Notes: generated by a model not told the origin, from the letters alone. A stretch of DNA of 63,481 nucleotides, filler included, from Octopus bimaculoides (GCF_001194135.2; 8 parts of 7 records of this genome joined end to end with filler, not necessarily neighbours in it), one strand, 5' to 3'. Positions 48,746 through 63,125 are shown, counted from the whole stretch's first letter. Program-made: numbers and translations.

Positions 48746-50176
48746 GACATACATATATACATACATACATACATACATACTTACATACATATATNNNNNN
48801 NNNNATATATGTATGTATGTATATATTCTACCACCATCATCGCCACCATCATTAGCATCACCACGAACTCTACCACCACCCATCACCACCATTAAGTTGT
48901 TATGGTAGTAGCAACAATAGTTAACTGCCCATCCTATCATGTTTAAATATTCAGGCTGTCAGAGATATTATTATTGTACATAGAAACAGAAGCTATCCGT
49001 TCTGCTTACATCACACATCAAATAGTAACAACAAGTACAGCGACAACTAAAGAACTGCAAAAATCAACAAAACAACGATACCATTATCAGCACATCAACG
49101 AGGATAATAGTAGTAGATATAACAGCCACACATAGAGAAGTGAGGAATAAGAAATAATAAAAAAGCAACAAGAAATAAAAGAAAGTGGAGAGCACATAGA
49201 CAAACAAAAAGAAAAACACAAAAGATTTGGGTCTTTTTTTTTTGTTGATAAAATACAATGGGGATTGTATATGCGGCGATTTGGTGGAGATGGGTATCTG
49301 AAACGATGGGGGAGAATAGAAAACAAATAAGGAGAATGGGAAAGAGAAAAGGAAATGCATTACATGAAATGAAAGAGAGTAATGAGTTTTGTGTCAGAAA
49401 GAAATGGATTGTAAAAGGTGAGCTTGTGACGAATGAGACTGACATATTTCACAGGTATCTGAACACAGCCTCTAATGATATGTGTATGTGCGCCTCTGTG
49501 TGTGTGTGTATGTGTGTGTGTGTGTTTATGTGCGTGTGTTGATGTGTTTGTGCATGTTGTGGCTTCGCATGTATGTGCTTGTATCTGCGCGTGCTTGTGC
49601 AATTGTGTATATGAGTGTGTACAGTTAAACGTCTAAACATACTGGAAATAATATAAATGTAGATATTAAAGCAAATATATATACTAAATTCCACACTCTA
49701 ACATATATGTATGTGTGTGTGTGTGCGTATGTGTGTAGATATGCTATACATATTATAGATAAACATATTCTTATTCGTAAATATCATTACATTATACATA
49801 TGTATGCATGTGTGTGAATGTGTGTTTGAGTGTGTGTATATATGTATATATGTATGTATATATCTATATGTATGTATGTATGTGTGTGTGTCATCGTCAT
49901 TACATATAATTCCACAGTTAACAATTGTTTCAATAACGTACGGATGACAAATCATATAATATGATTGAAGACATTGAAGAGAGCAATGATATAATATCGG
50001 CTATATACTATTGATTACATAATGAGAGACCCATATTCATCTAACCATCACCCCCGTGAACAAATAAATAGCCTATATAAACTAATATAAACTATATATA
50101 CAATATATATATTGAAGACTAGCTGTTTCAAATGAAAATGTAACAGTTAATGAATGTTTAGAGCTCCCTGTAACTC

Positions 50177-50423
50177 ATTTTATTCTTTTATTTGCTTCAG
50201 TCATTTGACTGCGGCCTTGCTGGAGCAGCACCGCTTTTAGTCGAACAAAACGACCCCAGAGCTTATTATTTGTAAACCTAGTAACTAGTACTTATTCTAT
50301 CGGTGTTTTTGCTGAACTGCTAGCTTACGGGGACGTAAACACACTAACATCGGTTGTCAAACGATGGTGGGGAAACAAACACGCACACAAAGATATAGGT
50401 ATGTATGTATGTATGTATATATG

Positions 50424-50460
<37 letters not shown>

Positions 50461-50728
50461 GTATATATGTATATATANNNNNNNNNNNNNNNNNNNNNNN
50501 NNNNNNNNNNNNNNNNNNNNNNNNNNNNNNNNNNNNNNNNNNNNNNNNNNNNNNNNNNNNNNNNNNNNNNNNNNNNNNNNNNNNNNNNNNNNNNNNNNNN
50601 NNNNNNNNNNNNNNNNNNNNNNNNNNNNNNNNNNNNNNNNATATATACGACAGGCGTCTCTCAGTTTCCGTCTAACCAATCCATTCACAAGGCTTTGATC
50701 ATCCTGAGGTTATAATAGAAGACACTTG
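50177..50728 (-). mobile_element. SINE family A, head replaced by the R4-like LINE 3' end
   Basis: Tail and body present; abuts the LINE at about 50730. Confidence 0.8.
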
Positions 50729-50729
50729 C

Positions 50730-51990
50730 ACAGCTTCTAACGCTGGAGATGTACTACAGTGTCTGCTGTTCACTACCAGTGAACTAAGGTAACATCTCTT
50801 ATTTTTCGAGCACCTTCCGGAGTATTTGAGCGGTTCCAAGCAGTGCTGTTTTCTGTAAGTGCTCCACCCTTGTTGCAGCTCCTATTTGTTGTATGTGCTT
50901 CTTGAGATTTTCGTTCACTGTTCCCGGGGCTCCGACAATTATTGGTACTACTACTATTATGTCATCGACCACAACTACTTAACTTCTCAAGCTAACCTGT
51001 CATATCTCTCGACTTCTCTTTCTTCCTTATCGCACCCTTTGTTGTCTGCTTGGCACGCTATATTAATTTTCCCGCATAGTTTGTTTTCTTTCTCAATTAA
51101 GGCTATTCTCTATCTCATGGTCGCACTGAATCATAAAATCCCATAGGATCTTTGCATTTCTATTTTCGACAATGCCCGCAGGTTTGTGGTCGTACCAATT
51201 TTTTGCTCTGTCAAGTCCATACTTGTTGCAAAGTATCCAATAGACAAGCCTGGCTATATTTTCGTGACGGCTCTTATATTACTTCTGGGTTAGTGGCGTA
51301 CATTGGCTGGTAATATGCCATACGGTTTCACCATTTTATCCACAGATTCTGCACTTATCACTTTCTGATGTGTTGTCTATTTTGTATTTTATGTAGTTTG
51401 CTCTTAGTGTTTGCTCTTAGGCAGCACAGATTAGCGCCTCCGTTTCCGGTTTTAAATCCCTTTTAGTCATCCACAGCCTTCTTTTTGTCTCTCTCTGACT
51501 TATCTTCAACATCCCGATGAAATTGACCATGCATTCTTTTCTTTACCCACCTATTTTCAGTTTCATTCGTTTTCAATTTCTTGCATAGTGCTTTATCCTT
51601 GCAATCTTTCATCCTACACAAGCCTTACCTTCCCATTTCTAATATAAGCGGTTCTGTGTTATTTTTTACATAGCATGCTATGTTGTTTTCTTCTGCTCTA
51701 ATGCTGTGTTCGCATCCAATAAGTCCTTTTCCTCCTCTTTTTCTTGGTACATACAGTCTGTCTGTGTCGCTTTTTGGGTAGAGTGACCCATATCTAGTTA
51801 GCAACTTCCTTGTCTTTCTGTCTAAGCTGTTTAGTTCGTCTACTGTCCATGCGATTACCGCTGATCCATATCTAAGGAATGAAACCACCCAGGTGTTGAT
51901 AGCTTCGATCTTATACCGTCCGTTTAAGTTTTGACTTAAGGATCAGTCTCAGTCTGCGTAAGTACTCCACCTTAAATTTCTCTGTCATTT
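50730..51990 (-). mobile_element. R4/Dong-like (RLE) LINE 3' portion
   Basis: LDRKTRKLL...DRLYVPRKRGGKGL, CRICG..GETVWHI zinc knuckle, KILWDF and LQKTALLGTAQILRKVL*. Confidence 0.85.
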
Positions 51991-52015
51991 CTGTCTTTTA
52001 TTATTATTATTATTA

Positions 52016-52079
<64 letters not shown>

Positions 52080-52562
52080 GTTATTATTGAGAGAGCAGCA
52101 CATGCCATCAAAGTGACGCTGGAGTATAAACATACGAACTCCAGTATACACATCATGACTACCTGTTTGATACGTTTACAACAGGTATATATATATACCA
52201 CCACATTAGCAAAAGCGGATGTATTGCTTTCAGTCATGTTTGTTTGTTTGATTGTCCGTGGACAAGATATCTCAAGAACCGCAGGCTGGATTCAGATGAA
52301 ACTTTCAGGGATGTTTGGCCTCGTGTCTGGCAAGAACTGATTAGATTTTGAGATCGATCTGGTACCAGACAAGGATTATGGATTATTCTTCCTGTTGTTT
52401 TTACCTAATTTTTGAGGGAGATCGGGTTCATTCTTAGTATTCTCGTTTGTGAGAGAGTCGAGTTTATTTCAAATATTCTTATTTTAAAAATCATCTCTGA
52501 ATAATCGTTGACAGCACGTTGGTGTTGCCTTGGCGAAGGTTTGCGCTCTCTGAGTGCTCTTG

Positions 52563-52564
52563 TT

Positions 52565-52626
<62 letters not shown>

Positions 52627-52648
52627 AATCCTCCTCCTCCTTCTTCTT

Positions 52649-52679
<31 letters not shown>

Positions 52680-52696
52680 TAATTATTATTATTATA

Positions 52697-52778
<82 letters not shown>

Positions 52779-52830
52779 TCCTCATCATACATGCATACAT
52801 ACATACATACGTACATACATACATACAAAT
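52563..52830. repeat. Compound (ATC)(TTC)(ATT)(AGT)(ATAC) microsatellite
   Basis: Direct reading. Confidence 0.95.
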
Positions 52831-53181
52831 ATACATAGATACATATGTACCTACGAACTTAGGCGCAGACATAAATGCGTGGTAAGAAGTTTGCTTCTCA
52901 ACCACGTGGCCTCGGGTTCACTCCCACTGCGTGAAATCCTGGGCAAGTCTCATATATATATATATATATATATATANNNNNNNNNNNNNNNNNNNNNNNN
53001 NNNNNNNNNNNNNNNNNNNNTTAATTAATTAANNNNNNNNNNNNNNNNNNNNNNNNNNNNNNNNNNNNNNNNNNNNATATATATATATATATATATACAT
53101 GCATATATATACTCTCATTCATAGATTTTACAAATATGTATGTATGTATATGTGTATATATGTGTATATATATATATATAC

Positions 53182-53260
<79 letters not shown>

Positions 53261-53345
53261 CATACATACATACATACATACATACATACATACATACGTA
53301 CATACATATATACATATATACATATAGATATATATGTATATATAG

Positions 53346-53728
53346 TCTTTTATTTGTTTCAGGCATTGGACTGCGTCCATGCTGGAGCACCGCCTGTAGT
53401 TGAACAAATCGACCCTAGGATTGTAAGCGTAGTACTTTTCTATGTATCTCTTTTGTCGAATTGCTAAATTACGGGGATATAAACACACCAACATCGGTTG
53501 TCAAGCGATGGTAGTATGACAAACACAGACGCACAAACAAACACCCTCCCCCGCACACACATGAATATACGACAGGCTTCTTTCAGTTTCCGTCTACCAA
53601 ATCCACTCACAAGTCTTTGGTCGGCCCGAGGCTATAGTAGAAGACACTTGCCCAAAATGCCACGCAGTGGGATTGAACCCAGAACCATGTGGTTGGGGAG
53701 GAAGCTACTTACCACTCAACCACTCCTG
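53346..53728 (-). mobile_element. SINE family A
   Basis: Full architecture. Confidence 0.85.
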
Positions 53729-55099
53729 ATATATATGTTGTCCCCTTTAATAGCATTCCATTACTGAATTTGACCTCTCTCTCTCTATCGTCTGGCGTTA
53801 CTCAATTGCGTTATCGTCAGGTGCAAAAGATCCCTCTGTCCGTCGGAATTTATTTTTTTTGCATATTAGCTTTAATTGAAGTAATACGTACTAGTCTTAT
53901 GCATTTGCTTAGCAAGAGTCCTGATGTGAAATCTTGTGTTGAGAAAAAAAAAAAAAAATAAGTGACCATCCCGAAATATAACATATGTAGTATATTACTT
54001 TTAGTATATCCTTGAGAGACACTATGTATGTATGTATGTATGTTATCAATCAGTTTCATTTCTGTATTTCTTGTCCATAGAGAAAGAGCCGGACTCTAAC
54101 ATAGATTCAAGGCTCCTTCATTGGAACTTTTATCAACATCATCTAGGTATTTGTGCATATGTGTGTGTGTGTGCAGTATTTGGTGTTAGTGTATGCGCAG
54201 ATTTGTATGTTTGTTTTATGGATGCGTTTTTATGTCTAGATGCATGCATNNNNNNNNNNNNNNNNNNNNNNNNNNNNNNNNNNNNNNNNNNNNNNNNNNN
54301 NNNNNNNNNNNNNNNNNNNNNNNNNNNNNNNNNNNNNNNNNNNNNNNNNNNNNNNNNNNNNNNNNNNNNNNNNNNNNNNNNNNNNNNNNNNNNNNNNNNN
54401 NNNNNNNNNNNNNNNNNNNNNNNNNNNNNNNNNNNNNNNNNNNNNNNNNNNNNNNNNNNNNNNNNNNNNNNNNNNNNNNNNNNNNNNNNNNNNNNNNNNN
54501 NNNNNNNNNNNNNNNNNNNNNNNNNNNNNNNNNNNNNNNNNNNNNNNNNNNNNNNNNNNNNNNNNNNNNNNNNNNNNNNNNNNNNNNNNNNNNNNNNNNN
54601 NNNNNNNNNNNNNNNNNNNNNNNNNNNNNNNNNNNNNNNNNNNNNNNNNNNNNNNNNNNNNNNNNNNNNNNNNNNNNNNNNNNNNNNNNNNNNNNNNNNN
54701 NNNNNNNNNNNNNNNNNNNNNNNNNNNNNNNNNNNNNNNNNNNNNNNNNNNNNNNNNNNNNNNNNNNNNNNNNNNNNNNNNNNNNNNNNNNNNNNNNNNN
54801 NNNNNNNNNNNNNNNNNNNNNNNNNNNNNNNNNNNNNNNNNNNNNNNNNNNNNNNNNNNNNNNNNNNNNNNNNNNNNNNNNNNNNNNNNNNNNNNNNNNN
54901 NNNNNNNNNNNNNNNNNNNNNNNNNNNNNNNNNNNNNNNNNNNNNNNNNNNNNNNNNNNNNNNNNNNNNNNNNNNNNNNNNNNNNNNNNNNNNNNNNNNN
55001 NNNNNNNNNNNNNNNNNNNNNNNNNNNNNNNNNNNNNNNNNNNNNNNNNNNNNNNNNNNNNNNNNNNNNNNNNNNNNNNNNNNNNNNNNNNNNNNNNNN

Positions 55100-55138
<39 letters not shown>

Positions 55139-55514
55139 CTGTGTGTATGTGTATACATTGTCCCGTGGTGAAGAAGTTCACTCGGCAATTTTGACGATAC
55201 TGTATGTCTTTCATTTTAAGCATTCCGCCGATCCAAACCTTATGCATGTTACGGAGAAGGCGAAAATTGTGTAATAGACTGAAAGAGGTATTGTTTCTAC
55301 ATTTCAAAGGTCTAAGTCTTGTCACGCCATGATTATGTCGCTCTGATTATGTCTGCGATGAGGAAAAGGGCTTCAAGTGTTTGTTAAATTCTCAGCCACT
55401 TACATTGGAATTCAATGTGCAGGCCATGGTTTCCATTCAGAGGTAACCGCACCTCCTGTGGGTGTTAGGTAGCATTTCAAGAGGTGCAACAAAGTGGGGA
55501 AGTATATGTATGTA

Positions 55515-55728
55515 CAACATCGATTATCCGGAACCTTTGATTCCAAAGCTTTCCGGATTACTGATTTTTCCGGACGGGAGGTGCAAACCTTGGTGATCAC
55601 ACTCAAAATTAAACAAATATTTAATTTACTTGAATAATTAAATGAAATACATATATCGCTATACTAGTGTAAATTATTGTGGATTATAAAAGATGCCGGA
55701 CCACTCGAGACCGGAAAGTCGATGGTGT
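55515..55728. mobile_element. MITE, Tc1/pogo-type
   Basis: Imperfect ~20-bp TIRs (CAACATCGATTATCCGG / CACCATCGACTTTCCGG) flanked by TA. Confidence 0.55.
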
Positions 55729-55928
55729 ACTTGTTTTTATTTCGGTTTTGTATTTGGTTTGCAAAATTCTTGATGTGAACTCATGTCCAAACGTATTTTT
55801 GAATTTCGGGAGGGTCTATATGCCAATAATAAACACACGCACTGGTTCTCTTTCACCTTCTTACTTAATTTGTCAAATGGTTAACTATTTAACCTGTTAA
55901 TTAATCGATTGCTTGAATAATAGTTCGG

Positions 55929-55971
<43 letters not shown>

Positions 55972-56127
55972 GCTAGGTTTGTCAGAGCCCTTTCATCACT
56001 ATTCATGACCTCAGGAATGGCATGCTCTCTCTACTGCTTATTAAAATTGCTTTTCAGAATTAAGTTATTAACTTATCCTCAACAATAACTATGTACGGTG
56101 GTGCACCAGCCACTTGGCTGAAACACA

Positions 56128-56162
<35 letters not shown>

Positions 56163-56670
56163 CTATGTACAGTCAAAGCATACCAAGTACTTAATATAAC
56201 TGCATGGCACCCTCTGTAGTTACATTGAAAAACTATAATTACGTATTGGAAATTAATTTTCCTTTTATCTTCACATATGAAAGTAATTCTTGTTGGGCTG
56301 CGAAAAGTAATCAAACGTTTCTTCTCGGTGCTGGGGATAAATGAGTTTGGAAATCACTGGATTAGGGCAGTTTAGTGAATGCAATAGGAGAAGTAATCAT
56401 CGTAGAAACTGACGGAAGAAGCAATATACATAGCTTTTCTCTACTTAATGCACACACATACGCATACGCACACACACACTCACACACACACACACACACG
56501 CACACACACACACGCTTATTCATTCATTCATTCATTCATTCATTCATACATACAAACATACATACATATANNNNNNNNNNNNNNNNNNNNNNNNNNNNNN
56601 NNNNNNNNNNNNNNTTAATTAATTAANNNNNNNNNNNNNNNNNNNNNNNNNNNNNNNNNNNNNNNNNNNN

Positions 56671-57060
56671 ATTCAAAGTGAGATAATTACAGATAAATTC
56701 ATAAATTGCATCATGATACATCGAATCTGCCTTTCTATCGTAATCGATATGAAATATTCCAGTAAAACTATTCACTGCCAGTTCAGAAAAACCAAGCGTA
56801 TATCCTAATCTAAAAGCAACATCACGATCTTTAATGCTGTCTGCCCACTTCCGTATATTTTCGTGCGTGAAGAAACCTTTGTATGATGTGCAATTCATGG
56901 TAGCAACAACTTCTTCCTGTTCCTCACGACTTTTCCAAAACCCTGTTCGGTATTTTTCCGCATCTTTCTCAGGAATTGGCCCCTTTCCATTCGCATGGTT
57001 TGGCCCACACTTCGCCTTTTGTACATCCGTCATTTTACTGATTTGTTTAATAAAACTTTT
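56671..57060 (-). CDS. Coding exon running into a gap, possible death-fold domain
   Basis: Acceptor ttatctccctttag|, then 130 stop-free codons KSFIKQISKMTDVQK...THENIRKWADSIKDRDVAFRLGYTLGFSELAVNSF...DAIYEFICNYLTLN. The L-G-x-x-L-G-F-S pattern resembles death-domain helices 2-3. Exon status is more certain than the domain call. Confidence 0.6.
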
Positions 57061-58152
57061 CTAAAGGGAGATAACTCACACGCTTTGGGCGTGGAAACAA
57101 AAGTTTGGCCTGATGTAAAGTGTCGAATTTTCTCAGAAATGCATATTTTTTTTCCGAAATTTTGTCGAGGTAAAAGTTACAATTTTGCTGATATTAAAAA
57201 TCTTGGAGGAAAAAGGTTTCAGATTATTTTCTTCCACATGGTCATAACTACAGCGCAATTCCCCCCACCACCACCACTAACTTTGTTTCCTCATAACTTT
57301 CTTAAAGACATATATTTTCTAATGAAATTTTGCCGAGATACATTTTTAAAGATATAGATTATAATTATATTAATGGGGAGTTTCGGAACTATATCCTCCA
57401 TGCAGGTATAGCTATAACTCGATTCCTCACTTCCACCACCACCATAATTATACAAATTATAATCGCCTGTATGGCGGACCTGTTGCACAGTCATACCGCA
57501 TATTTTTGTATATAACATATAAACATGCACATCTTTTCGAAAATTGTCATTTTATAAAACTTTGCTGGCAAATTTTTAGATTAACATAAACATTTACATG
57601 AAAGAAAATTACCGGAGAACTTTTATTTAGTTCTTCCAAATCTCTCTGTTAATACTGTATTGAAACCAGTTGTGAGGAAAGATTGGGGTTAACCCGGAAA
57701 TGAAAATCCCACCCACCAAAAAAAAAAAAAAAAATACTGGAATAGGTGTAAAACAATGTGTAGGAAACGAATAAACGGGGGCACCAGTATTTTCTTAACG
57801 AAACACTTTGAAACTTGGGACACTGGTAGAATGTGTCATATAANNNNNNNNNNNNNNNNNNNNNNNNNNNNNNNNNNNNNNNNNNNNNNNNNNNNNNNNN
57901 NNNNNNNNNNNNNNNNNNNNNNNNNNNNNNNNNNNNNNNNNNNNNNNNNNNNNNNNNNNNNNNNNNNNNNNNNNNNNNNNNNNNNNNNNNNNNNNNNNNN
58001 NNNNNNNNNNNNNNNNNNNNNNNNNNNNNNNNNNNNNNNNNNNNNNNNNNNNNNNNNNNNNNNNNNNNNNNNNNNNNNNNNNNNNNNNNNNNNNNNNNNN
58101 NNNNNNNNNNNNNNTCTATGTGTGTAACAATTTTAGAGTTCGGATTCTAGAG

Positions 58153-58194
58153 TTAGGGTTAGGGTTAGGGTTAACAGTCTAGTTAGGGTTAGGG
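58153..58194 (+). repeat. Short interstitial (TTAGGG)n
   Basis: 3 plus 2 units. Confidence 0.8.
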
Positions 58195-58680
58195 GATTAA
58201 TACGATATACACCGTTACAGCGCTAACTGTTTTCAACTCAATAGACGTCAGTGATTAGTAGAAATTATCGAAATAAGACAATTTTTTACATGAAATAAAT
58301 TCAAATACAATTATTTTTTTCTGTTCTATAACACAAAATAGATAAGTATACGAAGTTTGAAAGTCTTTCGGTACCAAAAATACTACATAAAACATTAATG
58401 AAAACTGGTGCCCCCCTTTTAAACTAGATCCAAAAAATGTGCCCAAAACAAAAGGAGGGTGGGGAGAGGACTTCGGAAAATTCACAAGATCCAAGTTTTC
58501 TCCATAACCGTGTAACCGTGTGTGTGTGTGTGTATGTGTACGTGTGTAAAAATATGTATATGTATGTGTATATGTGTGTGTGCATATATCTATGTATATG
58601 TGTGTGTATATATGTGTATATATATATATATATGTATGTATATAATATATGTATATATATGATATATATATGTGTGTATG

Positions 58681-58711
<31 letters not shown>

Positions 58712-60327
58712 NNNNNNNNNNNNNNNNNNNNNNNNNNNNNNNNNNNNNNNNNNNNTTAATTAATTAANNNNNNNNNNNNNNNNNNNNNNNNNNNNNNNNN
58801 NNNNNNNNNNNATATATATATATATATATATATATATAGGATATGTTAAACTTGTGAAGGCATGGTTGCATCCAAGGAAATACTGGTTCAATACCGTGTA
58901 CTTTTGGGGAATGAAATACCCTTAAAACAATAATTGTATATTAGGCATATAGTTTATATCCATTTAAAAAAAGAAAAGAAAATGAAGATAAGGAGGTTAA
59001 TAAGTGTTTATTATTAACAACTTGGTGAGCTTCTCTTCTTACAGCCGTTTCAATTAATGCTCAATAATTTAATTACAAAATTGTACGTTCAATTTACATT
59101 TATCTGACAAAAGTCTAAAATTGAGAATAATTGTTTTATTATTATAGAAAGAACTAATTGAAGAGAACATTGGACCATAGAATTAATATCCTAAAAATGA
59201 AACAAAGAAATGAAAAGAACATTCCGCTCATTACGCAACTGTGACTGTGGGCTTACAAGCTTGCTTCCCAACCACATAGCTCGAGGTTCAATCCCACTGC
59301 GTGGCACCTTGGGTAAGTACCTTCTACTATAGTTTCCTGTATACACACATACAAAGACAAACACACTTAGATATGTATGTTACTGTGTGTATTTATGTAA
59401 ATCTAAGTATATGTGTATGTGGGTGTATGTGTGTAGAAAGTTTGTAGTCATAACGAACAAATATGTTTATGCAAAGAGAGAAACGAAAAGGCACAGTAAA
59501 AACGCGGTCAAATTTGCATCTTAAACACGTGACTCGTGTTCAGCGGCACAACTTTGAACCACGGATGAGTGTTTTCTGTCATAGCCTTTGGCCTACCAAT
59601 GTCTTCTAAATGGAATTTCTTAACGGGAACTGTGTGGAAGCTGAATGTGTATATATATATATATNNNNNNNNNNNNNNNNNNNNNNNNNNNNNNNNNNNN
59701 NNNNNNNNNNNNNNNNNNNNNNNNNNNNNNNNNNNNNNNNNNNNNNNNNNNNNNNNNNNNNNNNNNNNNNNNNNNNNNNNNNNNNNNNNNNNNNNNNNNN
59801 NNNNNNNNNNNNNNNNNNNNNNNNNNNNNNNNNNNNNNNNNNNNNNNNNNNNNNNNNNNNNNNNNNNNNTGGCGGGTCTCTTTATATAGTTTTATTGAGT
59901 GTGTAGGGGTGGAGAGAGAGATATATAGGATAGTAAGAGAGGGTGAGGAAAAGTGAGAGAGAGAGAGTGTGTGTTTTTTGTGTTGGTGTGTGTGTGTCTG
60001 TGTGTGTGCGTGTGTGTGTCGATGGGAAAGAGAAAAGAAGAAAATTGGGTTCACAGCTGGTTAGTTCTTTTCAATGATAAGTTTATTTTTAGCCTTTTAA
60101 AGGAATGGCAAAAGCAGGTGAGATCGTTTTGAAGTTGCTTTTCAAAAAGATATATACATAAATATATCTCTCTCCCTCTATCTGTCTGTCTGTTAGTCTG
60201 TTCGTATGTATGTACTTATGTATGCATGCATGTATGTATGTATGTATGTATGTATGTATATATATATATATATGTATGTATGTATATATATGTATGTATA
60301 TATGTATGTATGTATGCATGTATCTAT

Positions 60328-60375
<48 letters not shown>

Positions 60376-60395
60376 ATACATACATACATACATAA

Positions 60396-60554
60396 GCGCT
60401 GGCGTTGATGTATGTTAAAATGCTTGCTTCCTGAATGCACGGTTCTGGTTTCGGTCCTACTGCGTGGCAACTTAGGCAAGTGTCTTCTAATATAGCTTAC
60501 GGCTGACCAAGACCTTGTGAGTGAGGTTGATAGGAGGAAACTGAAACAAGCCCG

Positions 60555-60589
<35 letters not shown>

Positions 60590-60765
60590 TGTGTGTGTTC
60601 TTGTTCTCCATGCCCGTATGACAGCCGGTGTTGGTGTGATACGTCCCTGTAACTTAGAGGTTCGTCAGAATAACCGTTCGAAGTAGTACCAAGATTTAAA
60701 TAAGAATAAGTACCAAAAAGTCTTCAAGGTTGTGCCCAAGAGTGGTCGCAGTCTGATTAGAACAT
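60396..60765 (+). mobile_element. SINE family A (diverged)
   Basis: Head, body and tail recognisable. Confidence 0.75.
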
Positions 60766-61762
60766 GTAAACTATATACGTATACATAACGTGTGTGTTTG
60801 TGTCTGATTAGTGCTGTGATTAATGGTATCTTTCGTTATGTCGGTGACTTGGTAGTGTTTAAATAAAAGTTGATAAATAAGAAGTAGAACTTTTAAGACA
60901 CACACTGGCGTCGATGAGATTTGATTAAAAAAAATGGAGAAAGGAAAAAATGGAAAATCATTGTTCTAGTCAGAACGGAGTCCAACGAGTGAAAAGAAAA
61001 AACAGAAGAAAATGCAAAATAGTATATACTTGTACACATACATACACACATACATACACGCATACATACATACATGATGCATACGTACATACAAGCATAC
61101 ATAAACATAAACATACAAACACGCATGCACACATATGTATCTGTGTGTGTATATATGTATATATGTATATATATATATATATATATATNNNNNNNNNNNN
61201 NNNNNNNNNNNNNNNNNNNNNNNNNNNNNNNNTTAATTAATTAANNNNNNNNNNNNNNNNNNNNNNNNNNNNNNNNNNNNNNNNNNNNTATATATATATA
61301 CACATATACATATATACATTTATACATACATACATACATACATACATACATACATACATGGAAAATCATGTGGCGTAATGGTTAGGTAACTGGCCTCTCG
61401 ATCGAAGGTTCGATTCCGGATTTGGCCAGCATATTATATATGGGTGTCCTTTGCCACAACGTTTTCCTTTACTCCTGTCCCCTCAGTTTTCGGGGGGAAA
61501 ATGTGTGTTGACCGGGGTAATATTAAGACTAGCCGTGGTGTCAGTAGATGAAGAATTAAAAAACTTACCCTCCGTCGGTTTTCGTGATGAATTATCCAGT
61601 TTTTTCATAAACTGGAGCTCATTGAATTACTACGTAAATGGTCGAGCTGTCTATAGATACTTATATAAATATATACATTACATACATACACGCACACACA
61701 CATACATACATACACACTAATATATATATACGCATTTATGTATCATGTAAGTATACACATGT

Positions 61763-61978
61763 GCCATCACGTTGAACCGTTAACCCCTACACAGTTTTTT
61801 CTCTCTCCGTCTTTTTGTTTCCATTCTCTCTCCTCTATTTTCCTCTCAGCCCTTTCTGCCGAAGAGCATAGGCTCGAAACGTCAAAGACTTTTCCAGTCT
61901 TCCCCACCGTCAAACTAATACACCTGCTTGTCATTCCCTCACCTATCTTCGTCTTTTGCTTTCTGTAAATTTGAACAC
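61763..61978 (+). mobile_element. ~200-bp non-coding repeat carrying an HHR-like motif (copy B)
   Basis: Shares the HHR block and the aaactaataca, tcgtcttttg and tgtaaatt segments with copy A. Confidence 0.7.
61852..61887 (+). ncRNA. Minimal hammerhead-like motif, A6-to-C variant
   Basis: CUUU-CUGCCGA-A-GAGC(AUAG)GCUC-GAAA-C-GUC^AAAG; same family as 17203-17238. Confidence 0.6.
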
Positions 61979-61993
61979 TATATGTATGTAGAT

Positions 61994-62030
<37 letters not shown>

Positions 62031-62357
62031 NNNNNNNNNNNNNNNNNNNNNNNNNNNNNNNNNNNNNNNNNNNNNNNNNNNNNNNNNNNNNNNNNNNNNN
62101 NNNNNNNNNNNNNNNNNNNNNNNNNNNNNNNNNNNNNNNNNNNNNNNNNNNNNNNNNNNNNNNNNNNNNNNNNNNNNNNNNNNNNNNNNNNNNNNNNNNN
62201 NNNNNNNNNNNNNNNNNNNNNNNNNNNNNNNNNNNNNNNNNNNNNNNNNNNNNNNNNNNNNNNNNNNNNNNNNNNNNNNNNNNNNNNNNNNNNNNNNNNN
62301 NNNNNNNNNNNNNATATACATGCATATATATATACATGCATATATATATATATATGC

Positions 62358-62393
<36 letters not shown>

Positions 62394-62404
62394 TGTGCGC
62401 GCGC

Positions 62405-62570
62405 GTGCGACAGGCTTCCACACAGTTTCCGTCTACCAAGTCCACTCACAAGGCTTTGGTCAGCCCGAGGCTATAGTAAAAAGAAAACACTTGTCGAAGG
62501 TACCACGTAGTAGGAGTGAACCCGGAACCATGTGGTCTAGAAGCAAACTTCCTACCGCGTATCCACGCCT
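62405..62570 (-). mobile_element. SINE family A head/body
   Basis: Matches the family A 5' half. Confidence 0.8.
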
Positions 62571-63125
62571 GAACCTTTATTTATTTATTTATTTACTTAT
62601 TTATTTATATGCACCGTATGCATAACGACATTCCATGATAGGGGTCGCTGAATGGCAAAAGACTGTAAACCATTGTTTTACAACGAATAAGAATTTTTAA
62701 AGACTAAATTTCAAGAAAAATTCATTTTTTTGTAAAATATTTTAGTTTAAAAAAAAACGAGTTAAAGTAGAGGAAATTTCTAAGTACCTACTTACTTCTT
62801 CAATTAATGAAACATAATTAACAACGTTTTATATTAAGAATTTCCGCTGGTAGTTTTCATATTTAATATGTTAATATATATACAGGTGGGCGGTGGGTAA
62901 ATTGTTGCCATTTTATATTTTTTATTTCGTACATGTACATTCTTTGTTTTTTGATTTTGTTGGCTATACAAATGGACATTGTCTATGAGTAAAACAGCGC
63001 GATGACGCCATCACTATCGAACCAAGAGTTTAACTATGGTCTGTCCATAGCACTTACTTAGCATTACCTGCCATTCTTTGGGTCTTCTAGATACCAATAC
63101 CTCACATACATATATACATACATAC

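Noticed and set aside
55220-55400. Cys-rich reading CYGEGENC...CRSDYVCDEEKGFKC
   Set aside because: Requires a frameshift and contains stops; no recognisable family.
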